Assembly: GCA_965261025.1 (NCBI GenBank)
Contig: OZ253438.1
Span: 510,001-542,000, forward strand
Direction: 5' to 3'
Source: Chlamydiales bacterium
GTDB taxonomy: Bacteria; Chlamydiota; Chlamydiia; Chlamydiales; SM23-39
DNA: 32,000 nucleotides
The notes beneath the pieces are model-generated. The model saw only the letters and a program-made list of their open reading frames with translations, did not search any database and was not told the DNA's origin. This document shows, piece after piece, positions 17,047 through 26,549 of the stretch. Within the stretch, counting starts at the first letter, position 1. Each line of letters begins with the position of its first letter. Made by a program: the position numbers and the translations under genes.

Positions 17047-18801
17047 CTAGCTTTTATAAATAAGCGCTTTAGAAGGATCCAGGGTTATTTTTTCTCCTTC
17101 TTTTAGCAAATTTACCGCCCCTTGTGCTTGTACAACAAGGGGAAGGTTATGAAGGTTTGCGGCAGAAATAGCACATCTTTGTGAATCTACATCTTCTTCA
17201 TGGTTGTCTAGAATAATTCCTTTGATTTCTTTCAAAATAGGCTCAAATAAATCAGAAAAATGCGCCGTAACTAAAATAGTATTTTTAAAAGAACTTCTCT
17301 TTATAGAAGAAGTGTGAAAAGCTACCTTACCTACTACCTTTTTCCCGTAGCCTTTTTTTGCTCTGAGAAGAATATCCCCTACACTTTGTACCAATACCGT
17401 ATTGGTAGAGCCTGTTATGCCAAAAGGAGAGCCTGCTGTAACTACTACCAAATCTCCAAAAGTAATATAGCCCTGCTCTTTTGCAAATCTTTCACAAAAA
17501 GAAAAAGCCTCTTCCACTGATGCAACTCCTTCTTTATAAAGGGGGGTAATACCCCAGTTTATTGCTAACCGGTAAAAATTTCTTTCTGTATTAGTTAAAG
17601 CTATAATAGGCATTTTAAGGCGGAGTCTAGAAACAAGCCTTGCCATAAAGCCGCTAGAGGTAAAAGCAAAGATTACTTTAGCTCCCGTGGTATAAGCCAT
17701 TTGACCTGCTGCTAAAGCAGCAGCTGTAGAAACATTTTTATCCCCTTTTTTAGACTGATTTTCAAAAAAACCCTTATAATCAAAATCTTTCTCTGTACGA
17801 AGAATAATATCCTTCATAATATTTACTGCCTCTAATGCATAATTACCCGCAGCAGTTTCTGCAGAAAGCATTACCGCGGAAGTAGAATCATAGATAGCAT
17901 TAGCTACATCAGATACTTCTGCCCTTGTAGGCCTTGGGTTGGAAATCATCGATTCTAACATTTGAGTAGCTGTAATCACTGGCTTACTTGCTTCGTAGCA
18001 TTTGCGAATCATTTTCTTCTGCAAACGGGGAATTTCTCCTAGGTCCATTTCTACACCCAGATCTCCTCTTGCTACCATAATGCCATCTGCTACTTGTAGG
18101 ATACTTTCAAAGTTTTCTACTCCTTCACTATTTTCAATTTTTGCTATTACTAGAATCTCTGGCTTTTTAAAAGAGCTTAAAAAGCTTTTGATAGAAAGGA
18201 TATGCTCTGAGGAGCGGATAAAAGAAGCTGCAATAAGATCTACTTCTTCCTCAGCTGCAAATCTTAGATCTTCTTTATCCTCCTCCGTAATAGCAGGAAG
18301 ATTCAAAGGCACATTAGGAATATTGACTCCCTTGCCTAAAGAAAGAACTCCCGGATTTTCCACTTCGAGGATAACTTCCCCTTTTTTTTTCTTTACTACT
18401 TTACAGATCAAATAACCATCGTTGAACAAGATTTTCATTCCCTCGGAAATTGTCCCTAAAACAGACATAGGGTGAATCGAAATTGCTTTAGGATTGTTCC
18501 CAGGATTTTTTTTTATTGCTATCCGATCTTTCGGCTTTAATTTTATAGAATTATGAAATACATGGTCTACCCGAATTTTAGGACCCTGGGTATCAACCAT
18601 GATAGCTACTGCTTTTTTTTGCGTTTTTCGCGCTTTTTTTATCCAAAAAATTCTTTGTTTGTGTTCTTGGTGAGTCCCATGACTAAAGTTAAGCCGAGCC
18701 ACATCCATCCCTGACTCTATTAGGGAATAAATTTTTTCGTACGAGTCGACGGATGGGCCTAAAGTGCAAACAATCTTGGTCCTTCTATACATAAACATCA
18801 A
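17047..18801 (-). CDS. pyk: Pyruvate kinase with a C-terminal PEP-utilizer (swivel)-like domain
   Basis: 584 aa. RRTKIVCTLGPS, NFSHG, MVARGDLGVE and TQMLESM are PK motifs. The extra roughly 100 C-terminal residues align by eye with the Geobacillus-type PK extension. Confidence 0.95.
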   Translation of the reverse strand: MMFMYRRTKIVCTLGPSVDSYEKIYSLIESGMDVARLNFSHGTHQEHKQRIFWIKKARKTQKKAVAIMVDTQGPKIRVDHVFHNSIKLKPKDRIAIKKNPGNNPKAISIHPMSVLGTISEGMKILFNDGYLICKVVKKKKGEVILEVENPGVLSLGKGVNIPNVPLNLPAITEEDKEDLRFAAEEEVDLIAASFIRSSEHILSIKSFLSSFKKPEILVIAKIENSEGVENFESILQVADGIMVARGDLGVEMDLGEIPRLQKKMIRKCYEASKPVITATQMLESMISNPRPTRAEVSDVANAIYDSTSAVMLSAETAAGNYALEAVNIMKDIILRTEKDFDYKGFFENQSKKGDKNVSTAAALAAGQMAYTTGAKVIFAFTSSGFMARLVSRLRLKMPIIALTNTERNFYRLAINWGITPLYKEGVASVEEAFSFCERFAKEQGYITFGDLVVVTAGSPFGITGSTNTVLVQSVGDILLRAKKGYGKKVVGKVAFHTSSIKRSSFKNTILVTAHFSDLFEPILKEIKGIILDNHEEDVDSQRCAISAANLHNLPLVVQAQGAVNLLKEGEKITLDPSKALIYKS

Positions 18802-18864
18802 TGTAGCCGATCTTCACATTTTTTCAGAGGCCAAAAACGAAAGAATTATGATACCTTTACTCTC

Positions 18865-21800
18865 ATGGACTCGGAAATCACTATCAAAAAAGCCTCTGTT
18901 CATAATTTAAAAAAAGTAAATCTTTCCTTGCCTTTTCAAAAACTTATCGTATTCACAGGAGTCTCTGGCTCAGGAAAATCTTCCTTGGCTTTTGATACTC
19001 TCTACGTAGAAGGACAAAGGAGATATATTGAATCTTTATCTCATAGCATAAGAAGAAATTTTTCCGATCTTGCTAAGCCTGACGCAGAAATAGAAGCTAT
19101 AGCTCCCACTATTGCTATAGAACAAAAAACGAGACATAACTCCCCAAGATCTACTGTAGGCACTCTTACAGGAATCTATGATTTTTTTCGGGTTTTATTT
19201 GCAAAAGTATCCCTGCCTTTTTGCCCTGTTAGTAAAGAACCTTTAAAAGCCCAAAGTAGGGAAAAGATTCTAGCCTCCCTACCTTCTCTCTTAGAGAAGT
19301 TTCCTGAAAAAGCCAAACTTATCGTATTGGCTCCTTATGCAGAAAAGAAAAAAGGAGAGTTCAAGGAAGAGTTTGCTCACCTCATCCAAAAAGGATTCAC
19401 TAGAGTAAGGATCAATGGCTCTTTTACAGAACTTAATACGGTGAAATCTTTAGATAAAAAAAAAGCACACGATATCGACCTTGTAATTGATAGAACTACC
19501 GCTTCTTTGGAAAATTTCTCTAGGTTAAAAGAGGCAGTCTTACAAGCTCTAGAAATAGGAAAAGGCCTCTTTTCTCTTTACTTCGTTGATAGTTTAGAAG
19601 AAATCCTTTTTTCTGAATTTGGTTATTCGAAAAAATCAAAAATTTCTTATCCACCCCTGGAATCTCAAGACTTTAGTTTTAATCATCCTAAAGGAATGTG
19701 CGAGATGTGCAAGGGACTCGGCATCTACTCAGAGTTTGACCTTACCAAAATTATAGATCCTAAAAAGAGTATTGAGCAAGATTGCTGCTTAATAGCAAGC
19801 TCTTATCAAACAGTTCGTTACAAAAATATTTATGATAATCTAGCCAGACTCTTTGATTTTTCTATAAAAACCCCCTGGGAAAATCTTTCAGAGCAAGCAA
19901 AACAAGTCTTTTTATATGGAACTAAGACAAAATGGACAAACATGCGATTTTGTCACCCCCACAAAAAGATGTATTGGACAGAGTATGTAAGATGGAAAGG
20001 AGTATTGGAGGAGGCTCATAAAAGAATAAAAGAGGCAAAAAGCGAACTATATCGAAAAAAAAAAGAAAGCCTGATGCATATTACCCTCTGTCCTTCTTGC
20101 AAAGGCTCCAGACTAAAACCTTATCCTTCTGTGGCAAAATTAGGAGGGAAAACCTTACGAGAACTGACACAGATGACTTTGCAGGATCTATCTTCTTTCC
20201 TTCAAAATCTTTCCTTGAACAAAGAAGAAGCTTTTATAGCTAAAGAACTCTTGAAAGAAATTCAGGAAAGACTTTGTTTTCTTCAACAGGTAGGTCTTGG
20301 ATACTTAAGCTTGGAAAGAACCTCTTCTACACTAAGTGGAGGAGAGTCTCAAAGAGTACGTTTAGCCTCACAAATCGGCTCAGGACTCGTAGGAGCTATT
20401 TATGTATTAGACGAACCTTCTATCGGGCTTCATCCCCAAGATAGCCATCTTTTAATAGATTCTTTGAAAAAACTTAGAAATCTAGGCAACACCGTAGTTG
20501 TTGTAGAACACGATGAAGAGATGATGAGAGCCTCTGATTTTTTAGTAGATTTTGGACCTAAAGCAGGAAAAGAAGGAGGAGAAATCGTAGCAAAAGGGTC
20601 TTTTTCAGATATTTTGAAAGAACCCAAATCTTTAACAGGAGCCTACCTTTCTAAAAAAAAAGAAATCCCCCGATTCTCGGGAAAAAGAAAACTACAACCA
20701 GGCCTTATCTTAGAAAAAGCTCATCACCATAACCTCAAAGGAATAGATGTAAAAATTCCCTTTGGAGGTCTCATTTGTATAACGGGAGTTTCAGGATCGG
20801 GAAAATCTTCTTTGATCATGGATACTTTATATCCAGCTATCTCAAATAAATTACATAACTCAGAATTAGCAGTAGGAAAACATAAAGGAGTAAAAGGACT
20901 AGAAAATCTGGATAAAATTATAGCCATAGATCAAAGCCCTATAGGAAGAACCCCTAGATCCAATGCAGGCACCTACTTGAAGATTTTCGATGAGATACGA
21001 GATCTTTTCTCTTCCTTAAAAGAGAGCCAAGTAAGAGGCTTTAAGCCTGGTCATTTTAGCTTTAACGTAAAGGAAGGAAGCTGTTGTTATTGCAGGGGTA
21101 TGGGCTATATAACCGTAGATATGGATTTTTTAGAAGATGCTTTTGTGCTTTGTCCTCAATGTAAAGCGAAAAGATTTGAACCTTCTGTTTTGCAGGTAAA
21201 GTATAAAAATCATTCCATCCATGATATTTTAGAAATGGATTTAAAAAGGGCCCTTTCTCTTTTCGAAGAAATCCCCTCTCTTTATAAGAAGCTGCAAATT
21301 TTAGAAAAAATAGGACTTGGTTATCTTCCTTTAGGGCAACCTTCTACTACTTTGTCTGGGGGAGAAGCTCAAAGAATTAAGCTTTGTAAAGAGCTAATTC
21401 GTCCAGATACGGGAAAAACGCTTTACTTACTCGATGAACCAACTACAGGGCTTCATTTTCATGACCTTTCCCATCTTATCCAAGTTTTACAAGAATTAAT
21501 TCAAAAGGGAAATACGGTTTTAGTCATAGAACATAATCTGGATCTGATTGAAAGAGCGGATTGGTTGATTGAAATAGGACCCAAAGCAGGAGAGCAAGGG
21601 GGAAAACTAATTGCAGAAGGAATTCCCGCTTCCTTTCTAAAAAAGCAAACTCCTACAGCTAGGGCTTTACAAAAAAGTTTTAGGCAAAAAGAGGCTCCTT
21701 TAAAAGAAATAGCTCCTCCTTCTAAGTCTTCTGAAATTGTAATCCAGAGAGCCTGTCAAAATAACTTGAAGGAAGTTGATTTGACGCTCAATAGAGGAGA

Positions 21801-24486
21801 TCTTGTTCTTTTCACGGGACCTTCTGGTTCGGGCAAAACATCCCTTGCCTTCGATACCATCTATGCAGAAGGACAAAGAAGGTATAGTGACTCTTTAAGC
21901 TCTTATGCAAGAACTTTTATCAAACCTTGCTTTAAGCCTTTGTTGAAAAAGATAGAAGGCCTTTCCCCCACGATTGCTTTAGAAGCCAACAAGGGGGGGA
22001 TCAATCCAAGAAGCACCCTCGGTACGTTAACAGAAAATTATGACTTTCTTCGCCTTTTATACGCCCATTTAGGAGAGGCGTTTTGCCCTGAGACGGGAGA
22101 AAAAATAGAATCTATTAGTAAGCAAAGCGTTCTAGAGACCCTGTTAGCCTTTTCAGAAAATACTTCTGTTTACCTATTAGCTCCTATCTCTTTACAGAGG
22201 GAAACTCTTTCTTCTTGCATACAGAAACTGCAAAAAGAGGGATTTTTGAGAATACGACTAAACGGAGTTTACTATGAAATAGAAGAAGAAATTCCTGATG
22301 AAATGGGGAGAAAAAAAGAGCTTTACCTAGTAGTAGATCGGCTCAAAATAAAAAAAGGAGTCGAAAAAAGAATTTTTGAAGCCTTAGAAGTCGCAGCTAA
22401 AATAGGAAATAACACTTTACTTATAGATAAAGAAGGAGAAGATCTTTTTTTCAATCTCTCTTTTGCAGTAAAAAAAACAGGCAAATCCTACCCCAATATT
22501 ACAGCAAAAACTTTTTCCTTTAATGCAGAGGAAGGTATGTGCCAAGAATGCCAAGGGCTAGGGATAACTTATGGATTCCCTGTCAAAGAAACCCCTCTTT
22601 TAACCCACTCACTCTCTGATATTTTCTCTTTTTTTACCAAAGATCTTGAAAATCGAGATTTTTTATTGTTCTACAAAGAATACTTCCAAAAAAAAGGCAT
22701 TGATATAAAAAAGCCTCTGCATCTTATGAAAAAGGATACGCTAAAACTGATTTTAAAAGGAGATACTACCCCTTTTTTTTCAAAGGGGGTTTTTTTTACT
22801 TTTATAGGAATAGAACCTTTCTTAGAAAAGATAGCCAAGGATACTTTTGCTCCTATTCGAGAAACGCTTTTGTACCAAATGAAAGAAAAACCTTGTTCTT
22901 TTTGTGAAGGAAGCCGTTTAAATCCTTTAGCAAGGAATGTAAAAATTAAAGGGGTTTCTCTTCCTAGTTTTTGTGCTTTTTCTATTGAAAAGGCCCTCCT
23001 ATTTGTAGAAAGCTTATCTTTTGAAAAAGCCCCTTTTTTGAAGGAGAGCCTTTCTCTTTTAAAAAAGCATCTCTACTTCTTGAAAAACTTAGGGGTGGGA
23101 TACCTTTCTTTGGATAGGTCAGCTCCCTCTTTAAGTGGTGGCGAACTACAAAGAGTGCGCCTTTCTAAGCAACTGGGTACTTTTCTTTCAGGTTGCATTT
23201 ATGTATTAGATGAACCGACCATTGGACTCCACCCTTCCGATATAGAAAAACTCAATAAAGCTCTAATCGCCTTAAAAAATTTAGGAAATACTCTCATTAT
23301 TGTAGAGCATGATCCTATGACTATCGAGCTAGCAGATTATGTAGTTGACTTTGGCCCGAAAGCAGGAAAAGAAGGAGGCCAAATTATAGCTGAAGGCTCT
23401 TTAAAACAGATCAAAAAAAATCCTAACTCTCTTACAGGGCTTTACTTGTCTCAGAAAAAAACTATAGATACCCCCTCTTCAAAAAGGAGTTTTTCTTCCT
23501 ACTTTTCTGTCGAAAAAGCAACTGTACATAATTTGAAAAGTCTTTCAATAAAAATCCCTCTTCATGCTTTTACCTGTATTACGGGGGTTTCTGGATCGGG
23601 TAAGTCTTCTTTAGTAGAAAATGTTCTCCAGGAAGGGGTAAAAAAAGCCATACAGACAAGATCTTGTGACATAGAACTAGGATTTGCTTCTTTAAAAGGG
23701 TTAGATGCTTTTGACAATCTCATTCTCCTAGATCAATCCCCCATCGGTACAACCCCTAGATCTGATGTAAGTACCTATACGGACATCTTAACTCCTTTAA
23801 GGGGGTTTTTCGCTTCTTTAAAAAGCGCTAAGACAAGAGGTCTAGAACCAAAACATTTTAGCTATCATCACAAAAAAGGAATGTGTAAAACATGCTGGGG
23901 TCTAGGACATACCTGGGTAAATTTACAGTTCTTACCTCCTGTAAAAATGCCCTGTGAAGGATGTGGAGGATACCGACTCAACCCTTTAAGTCTAGAAGTT
24001 ACCTACAAGATGAAAAACTTAGGACAAATTTTAGACCTCACAGTGAAGGAAGCGGCACAATTCTTTGAAGATTTTCGTCCCCTCCTAAGAAAATTTGATC
24101 TCTTGCAAAAGGTAGGTCTTGACTATTTAAAGTTAGGACAAGAAATCCTCTCTCTCTCCAGTGGAGAAGCACAAAGACTACGCCTTTCTAAAGAGCTTGC
24201 TAAAAGATCCACAGGGAAAACCCTTTATATCCTAGATGAACCTACTTTAGGACTACACCCGGAAGATATAGCCAAACTTCTTCCCCTCTTCCACACCTTG
24301 GTAGATAAAAAAAACACCTTGATCGTAGTAGAACACAATTTGGACTTTATAAAACATGCTGACTACATCATAGATCTAGGCCCTGGAGCAGGAGAAAAAG
24401 GAGGAAACCTTCTTTTTCAAGGAGCCTACGAAGAGTTCTTGCACACTAATTTTTCTACAGCCTCCTTTTTGAAACGGTCATCCTAG
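18865..24486 (+). CDS. uvrA: Excinuclease ABC subunit A, tandemly doubled (UvrA-UvrA fusion, 1873 aa)
   Basis: Two complete UvrA modules: residues about 1-940 and about 957-1873, the second beginning near nt 21730. Each module has two Walker A sites, two LSGGE signatures and two pairs of CxxC zinc modules. The Walker A sites are GVSGSGKSS x3 and GPSGSGKTS. The CxxC pairs are CEMC/CPSC, CCYC/CPQC, CQEC/CSFC and CKTC/CEGC. Confidence 0.95.
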   Translation: MDSEITIKKASVHNLKKVNLSLPFQKLIVFTGVSGSGKSSLAFDTLYVEGQRRYIESLSHSIRRNFSDLAKPDAEIEAIAPTIAIEQKTRHNSPRSTVGTLTGIYDFFRVLFAKVSLPFCPVSKEPLKAQSREKILASLPSLLEKFPEKAKLIVLAPYAEKKKGEFKEEFAHLIQKGFTRVRINGSFTELNTVKSLDKKKAHDIDLVIDRTTASLENFSRLKEAVLQALEIGKGLFSLYFVDSLEEILFSEFGYSKKSKISYPPLESQDFSFNHPKGMCEMCKGLGIYSEFDLTKIIDPKKSIEQDCCLIASSYQTVRYKNIYDNLARLFDFSIKTPWENLSEQAKQVFLYGTKTKWTNMRFCHPHKKMYWTEYVRWKGVLEEAHKRIKEAKSELYRKKKESLMHITLCPSCKGSRLKPYPSVAKLGGKTLRELTQMTLQDLSSFLQNLSLNKEEAFIAKELLKEIQERLCFLQQVGLGYLSLERTSSTLSGGESQRVRLASQIGSGLVGAIYVLDEPSIGLHPQDSHLLIDSLKKLRNLGNTVVVVEHDEEMMRASDFLVDFGPKAGKEGGEIVAKGSFSDILKEPKSLTGAYLSKKKEIPRFSGKRKLQPGLILEKAHHHNLKGIDVKIPFGGLICITGVSGSGKSSLIMDTLYPAISNKLHNSELAVGKHKGVKGLENLDKIIAIDQSPIGRTPRSNAGTYLKIFDEIRDLFSSLKESQVRGFKPGHFSFNVKEGSCCYCRGMGYITVDMDFLEDAFVLCPQCKAKRFEPSVLQVKYKNHSIHDILEMDLKRALSLFEEIPSLYKKLQILEKIGLGYLPLGQPSTTLSGGEAQRIKLCKELIRPDTGKTLYLLDEPTTGLHFHDLSHLIQVLQELIQKGNTVLVIEHNLDLIERADWLIEIGPKAGEQGGKLIAEGIPASFLKKQTPTARALQKSFRQKEAPLKEIAPPSKSSEIVIQRACQNNLKEVDLTLNRGDLVLFTGPSGSGKTSLAFDTIYAEGQRRYSDSLSSYARTFIKPCFKPLLKKIEGLSPTIALEANKGGINPRSTLGTLTENYDFLRLLYAHLGEAFCPETGEKIESISKQSVLETLLAFSENTSVYLLAPISLQRETLSSCIQKLQKEGFLRIRLNGVYYEIEEEIPDEMGRKKELYLVVDRLKIKKGVEKRIFEALEVAAKIGNNTLLIDKEGEDLFFNLSFAVKKTGKSYPNITAKTFSFNAEEGMCQECQGLGITYGFPVKETPLLTHSLSDIFSFFTKDLENRDFLLFYKEYFQKKGIDIKKPLHLMKKDTLKLILKGDTTPFFSKGVFFTFIGIEPFLEKIAKDTFAPIRETLLYQMKEKPCSFCEGSRLNPLARNVKIKGVSLPSFCAFSIEKALLFVESLSFEKAPFLKESLSLLKKHLYFLKNLGVGYLSLDRSAPSLSGGELQRVRLSKQLGTFLSGCIYVLDEPTIGLHPSDIEKLNKALIALKNLGNTLIIVEHDPMTIELADYVVDFGPKAGKEGGQIIAEGSLKQIKKNPNSLTGLYLSQKKTIDTPSSKRSFSSYFSVEKATVHNLKSLSIKIPLHAFTCITGVSGSGKSSLVENVLQEGVKKAIQTRSCDIELGFASLKGLDAFDNLILLDQSPIGTTPRSDVSTYTDILTPLRGFFASLKSAKTRGLEPKHFSYHHKKGMCKTCWGLGHTWVNLQFLPPVKMPCEGCGGYRLNPLSLEVTYKMKNLGQILDLTVKEAAQFFEDFRPLLRKFDLLQKVGLDYLKLGQEILSLSSGEAQRLRLSKELAKRSTGKTLYILDEPTLGLHPEDIAKLLPLFHTLVDKKNTLIVVEHNLDFIKHADYIIDLGPGAGEKGGNLLFQGAYEEFLHTNFSTASFLKRSS

Positions 24487-24592
24487 ACAAAACTCCACGC
24501 TGAGTTTTTACCTGGCCTCTGCTACATCTTTCGTGTAGTACAAATAAACAACGGAGAAGATCAATCGGATTATTTATAATAAAAGAGGGAGA

Positions 24593-25294
24593 CTAAATTT
24601 CGTAGTGGCAATGGACAAGAAGACTCCCAACTAGAAACGCTATAGCAAAAATGGTCTGTACCGTAGCTACTAATAACAAAAGAGGGGGACTAAATGAAGA
24701 TACTAAAATCGATCTGCCTGCCGTAAACGAAATACCGAAACCAATCAAGGAGACTTTCATAGTAAGAAGGCTTACAAACATATTCTTATCACGGAGAGTA
24801 CGCTTTGTAATTGTCTCAAGAGGAGCTTCTAATGTAGCAAGTACTGTACTTTGTTCAGATTCTGAATTACTTACCCGATACACACTGTGAGTCCTATCAT
24901 TAAAAGGGTCATAAGAATAGGCAGGGTGGTTATGGGGCTTAACAAAAGAAGAAAGGGCTTCCTCGGAGAGGTATTTCCCTCTAAGACCTAAAAGGTTTTC
25001 TGTATGTTTAGGATAATAGCCTCCAATTCCTAAAAAAAGCACTTCGGAAACAAATATTTTGAATAGTTCTTGCACCTTACCTAATTTTGTCCCAGCTTCT
25101 AGCACGGGATCCCAAACGCTAACCTTGCTAAGGTTCTCAATGGTTTTAACATATTCTTCCTGTTTGGAAAGAGCTCCTCTAAGTTCTTTAATTTCAGAAC
25201 TTTCAGGATCTTCAATAGTACGGCTCCTTCCATCCTCTACCAAATACCAGACAAGACTGCCCGAAGTAGAACTACGCTCAAATGTTGATGACAT
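24593..25294 (-). CDS. Hypothetical membrane protein with a C-terminal paired hydrophobic segment
   Basis: ATG 25294 has GGGGAG 5 nt upstream and is preferred to 25330. The C-terminus VSLIGFGISFTAGRSILVSSFSPPLLLLVATVQTIFAIAFLVGSLLV forms two hydrophobic lobes separated by a short loop. Confidence 0.55.
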   Translation of the reverse strand: MSSTFERSSTSGSLVWYLVEDGRSRTIEDPESSEIKELRGALSKQEEYVKTIENLSKVSVWDPVLEAGTKLGKVQELFKIFVSEVLFLGIGGYYPKHTENLLGLRGKYLSEEALSSFVKPHNHPAYSYDPFNDRTHSVYRVSNSESEQSTVLATLEAPLETITKRTLRDKNMFVSLLTMKVSLIGFGISFTAGRSILVSSFSPPLLLLVATVQTIFAIAFLVGSLLVHCHYEI

Positions 25295-25370
25295 ACATCT
25301 CCCCTGTTCTTGAGGGAGAGAGTGTAGCAATATTTTGATATTTTCTCAAGGAAAAATTAGAAACTGTGGG

Positions 25371-25415
25371 AGCAACATTAAAATGCTACCTTTTCGCCAA
25401 AGTTATTATGCTACC
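25371..25415. repeat. Left terminal inverted repeat of the IS
   Basis: Pairs with 26550..26603 in inverted orientation, with several mismatches and small indels. Confidence 0.7.
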
Positions 25416-25440
25416 TTTTTTGAAACAACTAAGGGCATAA

Positions 25441-26455
25441 ATGGAGAGAAGAATGAGCACAAAAGAAGCCCGAAGGTTTGGTATCATGCAACAAATTGAT
25501 AGAAAAGTTTTGACTCTGCGAGAGGCAAGCGATGAGTTTGCTCTCTCGCTAAGTCAGATAAAAAGGATTCGAAGGAGATACCGACTAGAGGGGCCACAGG
25601 GACTGATTTCTAAGCATATGGGCAAGATTAGCCCTAACCGAACAGATCCTAAAATAAAGTCTGAGATCATGAACCTCTTGAGAAGTGAAGAGTATGAGGG
25701 TTTTGGACCCACTTCTGCTCGAGATAAAATAGAAGAGAGGCAGTGCCCCTGCCTCTCTTCAGAAACCATTCGTAAATGGATGCTCGAAAGCAGCCTATGG
25801 ATATCAAAAAAGAAGAAAAAAAGCAAAGCTTATCCACGAAGGCAACGCCGAGGGAGGTTTGAGGACCTTATTCAGGGGGATGCCTCAAGGCATGCCTGGT
25901 TCGAAAGTCGAGGTCCTGCATGTACAATGGTTATTCTTATAGACGATGCAACTGGTAAAATCACCGCTAGTAAATTCGTTCCTGCGAACTCTGCAAGATC
26001 GGTTGATCAAAGAGATGAGACTGCGGAACATCAGCAGCATAGAAGAAGCAAATGCTTTTTTGTCTGCTTTTATAGAAGAGTACAATGCAAAGTATGCAGT
26101 CGAAGCTCGAGAATCTAAAGATGGCCATAGGCCATTGGCTCCAGAAATGAATTTAGAAAGGATCTTTGCGAAGAGGTCCACAAGAAAGGTATCCAAAGAT
26201 CTCAGCTTTAGCTACGAAGGGATCGTGTATCAAATTGATACGGATACACCGAATCGGTTTACAAAAGCATATGTGGAGATATTGGACCTTCCTGGTAAGC
26301 CTATTTTAGTGGAGCGAGAGGGGAAAAGTTACGCCTATAAGAAATGGAACCAAGGGTTTACTACCAAGCCGAAGATATTAGATGCGAAGGAGCTGGAAGC
26401 ATACTGGCCAACGCAAGGGGTACGTAAACCGAAAAGGAATCATCCATGGAGATGA
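25441..26455 (+). pseudogene. Transposase pseudogene (internal out-of-frame deletion of the catalytic core)
   Basis: ORF 25441..26118 carries the HTH region and the first DDE block (LIQGDASRHAWFESRGPACTMVILIDDATGKI...FVPA). From about 25985 the continuation is in another frame (RTLQDRLIKEMRLRNISSIEEANAFL...). In intact relatives about 85-90 residues lie between FVPAES and ERANRTLQDRL, including the second Asp and the Glu of the DDE triad. Confidence 0.8.
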
Positions 26456-26464
26456 AAAAGGCGC

Positions 26465-26513
26465 GATCCCCCATGGGGGATCTACAACTGAGTGGAGGGG
26501 GCAAAGCCCCCTC
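26465..26513. other. Two GC-rich perfect hairpins just after the transposase stop
   Basis: GATCCCCCATGGGGGATC (26465-26482) is a perfect 18-bp palindrome. GAGGGGGC-AAA-GCCCCCTC (26495-26513) is an 8-bp stem with a 3-nt loop. Both are conspicuous in an AT-rich background. Confidence 0.8.
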
Positions 26514-26549
26514 GAACCCCTGTGAAAAAAAGCCCTATTATCGCAGGAC

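Noticed and set aside
16821-17063. 80-aa plus-strand ORF in an alternative frame of the 129-aa basic protein gene.
   Set aside because: It overlaps the pyk stop region and has no SD. The 16655 ORF has AAGGTG upstream. Neither is strongly supported.
18002-18415. 137-aa plus-strand ORF, together with 17314..17520, inside pyk.
   Set aside because: It is antisense to an unambiguous pyruvate kinase frame, so it is a shadow ORF.
24546-24572. AAACAACGG...GATCAATCGGATTA just after uvrA resembles part of the tRNA-Asn fragment (GAACAAGCGATCAATGGATTAAC). It could be a second, older att scar marking the left island border.
   Set aside because: Only about 13-18 matching bases remain, with two gaps. My rough estimate is that a match of this quality is expected about once by chance in a 32-kb AT-rich window. 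It is worth re-testing only if the full tRNA and att core become known.
24651-25313. Two plus-strand ORFs (24651..24890 and 25059..25313) opposite the 245-aa membrane-protein gene.
   Set aside because: They are shorter, lack an SD, and have unremarkable composition. The minus-strand ORF has a GGGGAG SD and a coherent soluble-plus-TM architecture. The choice is still not certain.
25554-26196. Minus-strand ORFs 25554..25826 and 25885..26196 inside the IS.
   Set aside because: They are antisense to the recognisable transposase frames.
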